Source: Bradyrhizobium sp. (GTDB lineage: Bacteria; Pseudomonadota; Alphaproteobacteria; Rhizobiales; Xanthobacteraceae). Taken from it: a DNA stretch of 64,000 nucleotides. The notes under the pieces were generated by a model. The model made no database searches. It was not told the DNA's origin and saw nothing but the letters and a program-made list of their open reading frames with translations. The stretch covers positions 2,316-66,315 of the forward strand of contig DATMNV010000008.1 in the NCBI GenBank assembly GCA_035568535.1, written 5' to 3'. Positions 58,175 to 64,000 of this stretch are shown piece by piece. How positions within the stretch are numbered: position 1 is the stretch's first letter; each line of letters begins with the position of its first letter. Position numbers and translations under genes: made by a program.

Positions 58175-59896
58175 TTACATCTGGCGGCCTGCCGGAATGA
58201 CGCACAAGCGCCTTGTCCTGAAGATGACACCATCATTGGCCGTTGGCTCGCAGCGGTCCACGACATAAGCGATGCCGTGGCGGGACGCGTATTCGATGCG
58301 CTCGGCAAGTGAGCCGAGGCGCTCGGTCTCGATCATCCTGCTACGCCAGACCGGATAATAGGACGGCATCCACATGACGGCCGCCCCTCGCTTGAAATCG
58401 ACAAAAACGCGTCGATGCGAGGTGAATTCGAACACCGCCGTCCGGGACAGCGCGATATCGGGCGCGTTTGAGGGCAGTATCGCATCATCACGAGGTCTCG
58501 GCGGGACGAGGAACACCGCCGTCGGAGACGTCGAGCGCCGTGCCCATTCGCCAACATCCCGCCACTCGGCGACGGCGTCCGCAAACATCGAATTAAACGT
58601 AAAATTCTGCCAGAACGAATAGGGCCAGACGATCAACACAACAACCGCCAGCACGACATAGCCGATTGTACGGAGGTAGGCCGGCGCGGAATCCTGCGCA
58701 GCGGGTAAAACGACGGGTATCAGCATGATCGGGATGGCGAGCCAGAGCGCCACGCCGTGCAGGCTCAATGTCAGCAGCAGCAGGGCTGCGAGCAGAAATG
58801 ACGTCACGCTTTCGGCCCTGAACCAATTCACCACCAGAGCCGCGGCGGCCAGGCCCGCGAGCAGGTGAATGATCGTGCTGGAGCGAAGCAGATGCAGATT
58901 AAGCAGGAGCGGCGAGCCGGTCATATGGGGGAGAACGATGCCAACCGCATAGACGAACATGACGCCAACATAGGCCACCCTCAATTCTGCGGCGCGTGGC
59001 CCAAGCCGCCAGAGCGCGACTGCGCCGATGGCGGCAACTCCCGCCAGGGCCACGATATCGCTGGCCGGAATTGACGAGATCAAGACGTGCACCGGATAAT
59101 ATTGGCGCAGGAACGTTGCAAAATCGAAGTCGATGGGGCTGCCGAATTCCGGATTGGAGACAATTGAATGGATCACCGGCCATGCGAAGGGAATGCAAAG
59201 CACGATGCCTGCCGAGACGCGGACACAGATCGTGGCAATGTCGGTCTCCTGCTTCGCCAGCAGGACAACTGCGATTGCCAGCAACAACGGCGCAAGCCAT
59301 ACGGCGATGAAGACATTGGTGAAAAACGTCACGCCGAGAGCAAGCGTCGCCGCCGTGAAGCGTCCCTTCGCGGCAAAATAGATCGCCAGAAGGACGGTGC
59401 CGTTGGCGATCTCGGAATGCGTGAAGTACCGCAGAAACAGCCCGCCCGCTCCGGCATGACTATCGCCATCGAGGAACGAGATGAAGCAGACGACCAGGGC
59501 GAAGATGACTTTATCGCGCCGCTCGACCACGCCGACGAGCGAAGCACAGCACAGAAACCCGACGAAGCTCAGCAGTCGCGAAAGATAGTCGAGAACAAGG
59601 AACAGCGCCTGAACGTCGCCGAAATGTTTCTCGGCGTTGCCGAGCAACAGCCAGACGCCGGACGCGAAATAGCGTAGCGACTGGATGAAGGCGTCGTCGC
59701 GATATTGCGGTTCATCGTAGAGACCGGCGACGATCGGCAAATGAAACAGGTTGTTTTCGATTCCGAAGACAAAGCCGGTGTGGAGCAGCGACAGCGCCGA
59801 AACGATGGCGGCGATCAGAAACGTGTCGACCCGGGCGCCCGACAGGCTTACCGCACTTCGACAACGAGCATCGATATCGACGTTGAGTTCCGCCAC
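58175..59896 (-). CDS. Polytopic membrane protein, possible GT-C glycosyltransferase (DUF6798-like C-terminus)
   Basis: Ten or more hydrophobic segments, acidic first loop (YDEPQYRDDAF), soluble C-terminus with FVDFK...W..R. Confidence 0.6.
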   Translation of the reverse strand: MAELNVDIDARCRSAVSLSGARVDTFLIAAIVSALSLLHTGFVFGIENNLFHLPIVAGLYDEPQYRDDAFIQSLRYFASGVWLLLGNAEKHFGDVQALFLVLDYLSRLLSFVGFLCCASLVGVVERRDKVIFALVVCFISFLDGDSHAGAGGLFLRYFTHSEIANGTVLLAIYFAAKGRFTAATLALGVTFFTNVFIAVWLAPLLLAIAVVLLAKQETDIATICVRVSAGIVLCIPFAWPVIHSIVSNPEFGSPIDFDFATFLRQYYPVHVLISSIPASDIVALAGVAAIGAVALWRLGPRAAELRVAYVGVMFVYAVGIVLPHMTGSPLLLNLHLLRSSTIIHLLAGLAAAALVVNWFRAESVTSFLLAALLLLTLSLHGVALWLAIPIMLIPVVLPAAQDSAPAYLRTIGYVVLAVVVLIVWPYSFWQNFTFNSMFADAVAEWRDVGEWARRSTSPTAVFLVPPRPRDDAILPSNAPDIALSRTAVFEFTSHRRVFVDFKRGAAVMWMPSYYPVWRSRMIETERLGSLAERIEYASRHGIAYVVDRCEPTANDGVIFRTRRLCVIPAGRQM

Positions 59897-61222
59897 CTAG
59901 ATCGCCGCCAGCACAATGCACATGATCGCCGCGATGGCGATCCGGCTGCCACTATCCGTGAAGGTGTAGATGATCGGATCGTCCGACATCATACGGCGAT
60001 GCGCCGCGAGCAGCGCGCGACTGATCCAGTAGAGCAGCAGCGGGTTTACCAGCCACAACATCCAGGGACGGCTGTACATCTGCATGACCGTCGTCGAGGA
60101 AGCGTAGAGCGAAAACACGATCACGGCGTTCATTCCGCTGGACGCCGCCAGAGCGCCGATGATCTCTGCATCGCCGACCTTGTAATCGCGATTGGTGGGA
60201 TCGGACAATCCCTCTCCGCGGCACATCATCAATTCGCCGTAGCGCTTGATCAGCGCCAGCGACGTGAAGATGAAGAAGGAAAACATCAGAAGCCATTCGG
60301 ACAGCGTAACGCCGACGGCGACGGAACCGCCGACGATGCGGATCGTGTAGAGACCCGCAAGCGTCACGATATCGACCAGCATCTTTTTCTTGAGCAGGAG
60401 CGAATAGGCGATCGTCGTTGCGAGATAGGCGCCGAGAGCGGCCAGGAAGGGCGTGGAGATGGCGAGAGCCGCGGCGATCGATCCCAGCCAGAGCACGGGA
60501 ATTGCGATCAGGGCCCGCGATATCGGCAAGTCTCCCGAAGCAATCGCACGATGGACCTTGCCGGGATGACGGCGATCGGCTGCAAGGTCAATGAGGTCGT
60601 TCAAGAGATAGGCGCCTGATGCGCAGGCCGAGAACGCCAGGAATGCCAATAGCGCGCTGCCCCATGCCGCGGGACTCATCTGATGAGAGGTCAGCGCAGG
60701 AACGAAAACCAGCGAGTTCTTGGCATATTGGTAGACGCGCAGGGCGTTCAGCCATATCCGCCAATTGATCTCGCGCCGCCCGACGCGACCGCCAACACGC
60801 TCGAAACTGTCCAGCTCGAGAGGCAGCGCGCCTTTGTGGCCGTCTGCTGTGACATCGGACGATGCGACCACGCCATCGAAGCCCAGATGCGACGCGATCG
60901 CCTCAGCGTGGGCGCGAAATCGGGTGAAGGCGAGATAGACCTTCCGTCCCTGCGCTCGTCCTGCCAGCACCAAATTCAATGCTTCGGGATCGTAGGGAAG
61001 ACGGCCGTAGTCGATATTGGCGTCCGACAGCGCCTCCAACAGCGCCGCCCCGTTCGAAGGTCGGCGCGCGCGCAGGCGGGCAAACGATCGACCGACGTCG
61101 CTGAAGAACGCTTCGTGCAGCAGATCCGAACGGAGCAGCGCGCCTTCCAGATCGATCACAAGCGCGCGGCAAGCGTTCGCACCGACCGGCGACGATTGCG
61201 GTTCAGCCAGGCCCTGCAGCAT
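59897..61222 (-). CDS. UbiA-family polyprenyl-phosphate phosphoribosyltransferase with degenerate HAD-like N-terminus
   Basis: LRVYQYAKNSLVF, NDLIDLAADRRHPGK..RAIASG, YS..LKK, KRYGEL, DDPI; N-terminal LVIDLEGALLRSDLL. Confidence 0.85.
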   Translation of the reverse strand: MLQGLAEPQSSPVGANACRALVIDLEGALLRSDLLHEAFFSDVGRSFARLRARRPSNGAALLEALSDANIDYGRLPYDPEALNLVLAGRAQGRKVYLAFTRFRAHAEAIASHLGFDGVVASSDVTADGHKGALPLELDSFERVGGRVGRREINWRIWLNALRVYQYAKNSLVFVPALTSHQMSPAAWGSALLAFLAFSACASGAYLLNDLIDLAADRRHPGKVHRAIASGDLPISRALIAIPVLWLGSIAAALAISTPFLAALGAYLATTIAYSLLLKKKMLVDIVTLAGLYTIRIVGGSVAVGVTLSEWLLMFSFFIFTSLALIKRYGELMMCRGEGLSDPTNRDYKVGDAEIIGALAASSGMNAVIVFSLYASSTTVMQMYSRPWMLWLVNPLLLYWISRALLAAHRRMMSDDPIIYTFTDSGSRIAIAAIMCIVLAAI

Positions 61223-61738
61223 GTGTGCGACTCGAAGGCTTGATCGTTTGCGAAAAACACCGGGCCCGCCTGCCCGGGCATGACACATGCATACGCGGGC
61301 AACCACTAATGGGCGATTAAATCAGCCGTCGGCAGTGATGGTTGACGAACCATTGCAGCGGCCGGAAGCCTCTGTGGGAAAGCCGTCTTTCCGGCCAAAC
61401 TGCGCCGGTTTTGGTTTCTTTTGCGCCATTGCAGCGCTCGGTGGAAGCGTTGGCCGGTCGCAACAAAATTGGCTGCTGCATTGCTGCCGGGGTCGTTATC
61501 CTGCCCCTTCCCCGGACTCGAACGCCGCAGCACGAAAACCAGGTGCATGACGGTGCCGATCATCACTGCCGCCGGGACGAAACGAGCAGCGGGCAGCGTA
61601 GTTCCAGTCGCTTAACACGGCGATCCGCCGAGGAGTAAGGCTGCCATAACAAAAAATTGGCTGTTTCACCGGCCGCGTTGCGGATATCGCTGTGCGCCCT
61701 CCCCGATGCTTGCACGGCACCCAATTCAACGAGGAACC

Positions 61739-63010
61739 ATGTCCGAACAGACCCTGGCGGCGGCGATTGACGATGAGCCGGAGCTGGAGCGCGGTTTTTC
61801 GCGCTACCAGTCGGGTCTTGTGGCGCTTTTGGCGCTGGTTCAATTCACGATCATCCTCGACTTCATCATCATGTCGCCGCTTGGCGCGATTCTCATGCCG
61901 GCGCTGGACATCACGGCCGCACAGTTCGGCGTGGCGGTTTCGGCCTACGCGTTCAGCGCCGGCATTTCGGGTGTGCTGGCGGCCGGCTTTGCCGACCGTT
62001 TCGACCGCAAGCGTCTTCTGCTGTTCTTTTATGTCGGCTTCACCGCCGGAACGACGCTGTGCGCCCTCGCCCCGAACTATCACCTGCTTCTGCTCGGCCG
62101 GATCGTCACCGGGCTGTTCGGCGGCGTGGTCGGCTCGATTGTGCTCGCCATCATCACCGATCTCTTTCCCCTGCATCTGCGCGGCCGCGTAATGGGTTAT
62201 GTGCAGACGGCGTTCGCGGCGAGCCAGGTACTGGGCATTCCCGTCGGATTGTTTCTCGCCAACCACTGGAACTGGCACGTCGCGTTTGGAGCGATCGTCG
62301 GGCTCGCGATCGTCGTGGTAGCAGCCATCCTGGTTCTGATGCGCCCGGTCGACGGCCATCTGCGGCTCAAGCAGGAAAGGAACGCATTCGCGCATCTGAT
62401 CGCGACGGTCAGCGAGCCCGATTACGCCCTCGCCTTCGGGGTGACCACCCTGCTCGCGACTGGAGGTTATATGCTGATGCCGTTCGGCAGCGCCTACACC
62501 GTGCACAATCTTGGCATCGGCATCGAACATCTGCCGACGATCTATCTCGCATCCGGGCTCTTCACTGTTTTCACCGGACCTCTCGTCGGCCGGGCCAGCG
62601 ACGCGTTCGGCAAATTTCCGACCTTCATGTTCGGCACAGCCGTGTCGATCGTCATGGTGCTGATCTATACCCATCTCGGCCAGACAACATTGACCGTCGT
62701 AATAGTAGTCAATGTGCTGATGTTCGTCGGCATCTTCTCGCGGATGATCCCGTCGCAGGCGCTGATCTCGGCGATCCCGGCGGCTCACCAACGCGGCTCG
62801 TTCAGCGCCGTCGGCGCCTCGCTGCAGCAACTTTCCGGCGGACTCGGATCGGTGTTCGCCGCGGCGATCATCGCGCAAAATGCCGACGGCTCGCTCCGGC
62901 ATTTCGACCGCCTCGGCTACATCGTTGTCGGCACGTCATTGGTCGCGCTGCTGGCGATGTATTTCGTGCAAAGGCAGGTGGCGAGAAAGGTCGGCGAGGC
63001 GGTCGTATGA
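61739..63010 (+). CDS. MFS transporter
   Basis: Motif A GFADRFDRKRLL, GRIVTG, about 12 TM helices; GAGGA ribosome-binding site. Confidence 0.92.
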   Translation: MSEQTLAAAIDDEPELERGFSRYQSGLVALLALVQFTIILDFIIMSPLGAILMPALDITAAQFGVAVSAYAFSAGISGVLAAGFADRFDRKRLLLFFYVGFTAGTTLCALAPNYHLLLLGRIVTGLFGGVVGSIVLAIITDLFPLHLRGRVMGYVQTAFAASQVLGIPVGLFLANHWNWHVAFGAIVGLAIVVVAAILVLMRPVDGHLRLKQERNAFAHLIATVSEPDYALAFGVTTLLATGGYMLMPFGSAYTVHNLGIGIEHLPTIYLASGLFTVFTGPLVGRASDAFGKFPTFMFGTAVSIVMVLIYTHLGQTTLTVVIVVNVLMFVGIFSRMIPSQALISAIPAAHQRGSFSAVGASLQQLSGGLGSVFAAAIIAQNADGSLRHFDRLGYIVVGTSLVALLAMYFVQRQVARKVGEAVV

Positions 63011-63031
63011 CTCGGCCGCCTGCGCCCTCGC

Positions 63032-63148
63032 CTATTTCGCGCGCAACTGGTTGATGGCGCTCAGCCAGTTTTCCATGTGATAGGTTCTCGCGATCCTGCC
63101 GTCGCGGATGGTCTGGATGTCGACCGCCATGATGCGAAAGCTCTGGCC
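63032..63148 (-). pseudogene. 3' remnant of a SnoaL-like ester cyclase gene
   Basis: GQSFRIMAVDIQTIRDGRIARTYHMENWLSAINQLRAK*; upstream in-frame sequence is unrelated. Confidence 0.7.
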
Positions 63149-63367
63149 TGCAGCGTTTTGGAGTGAAGCCCGACATGGCCGATCTCACCGCAACCACGGT
63201 GCTCAGCCAGCTGGAAGGCCCACTCCTGTTGGCGCGGACCTATCGCAACCTGGAGCCGATGCGACGCGCCGAAGAGGCGCTAAAACTGTTGCTGCGCGGA
63301 TCGGGAACCTGATGGCCCGTGCTCGCATTGGCGGGCTCGCTGATCGCCCGCGGTCGGTTCGGGCTAA

Positions 63368-63526
63368 TCAGGCCGTTCTCGAATCCGACGATTTTGGCGG
63401 CTGTAGGCTGCGGCTATTGGCCCAGTGGTCGAGATTCTCGATGACCATCTCATGGCTCGGCCGGCGCGGCTTCGGCGCCTTCGGCTCGTCCGACAGCTTT
63501 CGCGGCAGCTTGATTTCCTCTGTCAT
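63368..63526 (-). CDS. Small hypothetical protein
   Basis: GGAG ribosome-binding site; MTEEIKLPRK...HWANSRSLQPPK; codon style like the host. Confidence 0.5.
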   Translation of the reverse strand: MTEEIKLPRKLSDEPKAPKPRRPSHEMVIENLDHWANSRSLQPPKSSDSRTA

Positions 63527-63698
63527 GGCTATGCTCCGAGCCGGCAGCATGCGCCCTTCGCCAGCCGAACTCATACGCAACATATTGTTTTCATTGAATA
63601 ATTTTACTTATTTGGCAACGGTTGCGAGATTCAGGGAACCAGCACCGACTTACAAAGTTGAGCAAACTACTCAATCTGCAAAGTTTGGGATGTTTGCG

Positions 63699-63941
63699 AT
63701 GAAGGAAATGAGGGATGAAAGGCTGCAGGTGATGCTTTCGCCGGAGGAACTCGCGGCCCTCGACGATTTTCGCTTCAAGCACCGGATGCCGACCCGCGCC
63801 GCGGCCGTGCGCGAACTATTGAAGCTCGGGCTGACAGTGATGACGACCGATGGCAATACCCGCATGAAATCGAGCAATTACGGCGTGTTCAGCCGCGGTC
63901 CGGAGAGCCACAAGCAGAACGGCGGCAATCCGGAGGACTAG
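63699..63941 (+). CDS. Small CopG/RHH-like DNA-binding protein
   Basis: ERLQVML..EEL.ALDDFRF..RMPTRAAAVRELLKLGL strand-helix-helix pattern; start 63690-63708. Confidence 0.7.
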   Translation: MKEMRDERLQVMLSPEELAALDDFRFKHRMPTRAAAVRELLKLGLTVMTTDGNTRMKSSNYGVFSRGPESHKQNGGNPED

Positions 63942-64000
63942 CGCAGCGAGTTTTGCGCTGTCTGCGTCTCCACCACTTCGGGTTTTGAGAGGCGTGGTGC

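Noticed and set aside
63108-63941. 277-aa ORF from the track
   Set aside because: Only the last ~80 codons look like a real RHH-like protein; the upstream part crosses a pseudogene, an opposite-strand ORF and an AT-rich promoter region.

Overview
GC-rich alphaproteobacterial chromosome segment. Gene content, gene order and repeat types point to Bradyrhizobium or a close relative (inference). Most of it is conserved housekeeping DNA: moeB; mutM/ubiE-ubiB-coaBC-dut; divL-tsaE/amgK-pilZ-murU-addB-addA-trxA; aroA-cmk-rpsA-sppA-ihfB-lapA-trpF-trpB-trpA-accD-folC; tRNA-Ala(GGC); ohrR/ohr; ugpBAEC; hsp20; rnd-lptC-lptA-lptB-rpoN-hpf-ptsN. I found no CRISPR array, prophage, integrase or transposase. 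The unusual signals are small-scale. (1) An AT-richer sensor-kinase gene sits in a transposase-free 2-kb insert bounded by a CTGG direct repeat, degenerate inverted ends and sub-terminal CCGC...GCGG hairpins; it splits an HxlR-regulator/GFA module. A second AT-rich signalling gene has a similar right end. (2) CoaBC carries an N-terminal FitA-like ribbon-helix-helix domain with FitA-like boxes just upstream. (3) Palindromic repeats have rewritten the C-termini of TrpF and MlrC, and another sits inside the ugp operon with a CTAG duplication. (4) Gene remnants are missed by the ORF track: a RelE-like toxin, an ABC substrate-binding tail and an ester cyclase. (5) A UbiA-type phosphoribosyltransferase lies next to a GT-C-like membrane protein. 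All calls come from reading the sequence and recalled family motifs; no searches were run. Many start codons were moved downstream of the ORF-track starts.
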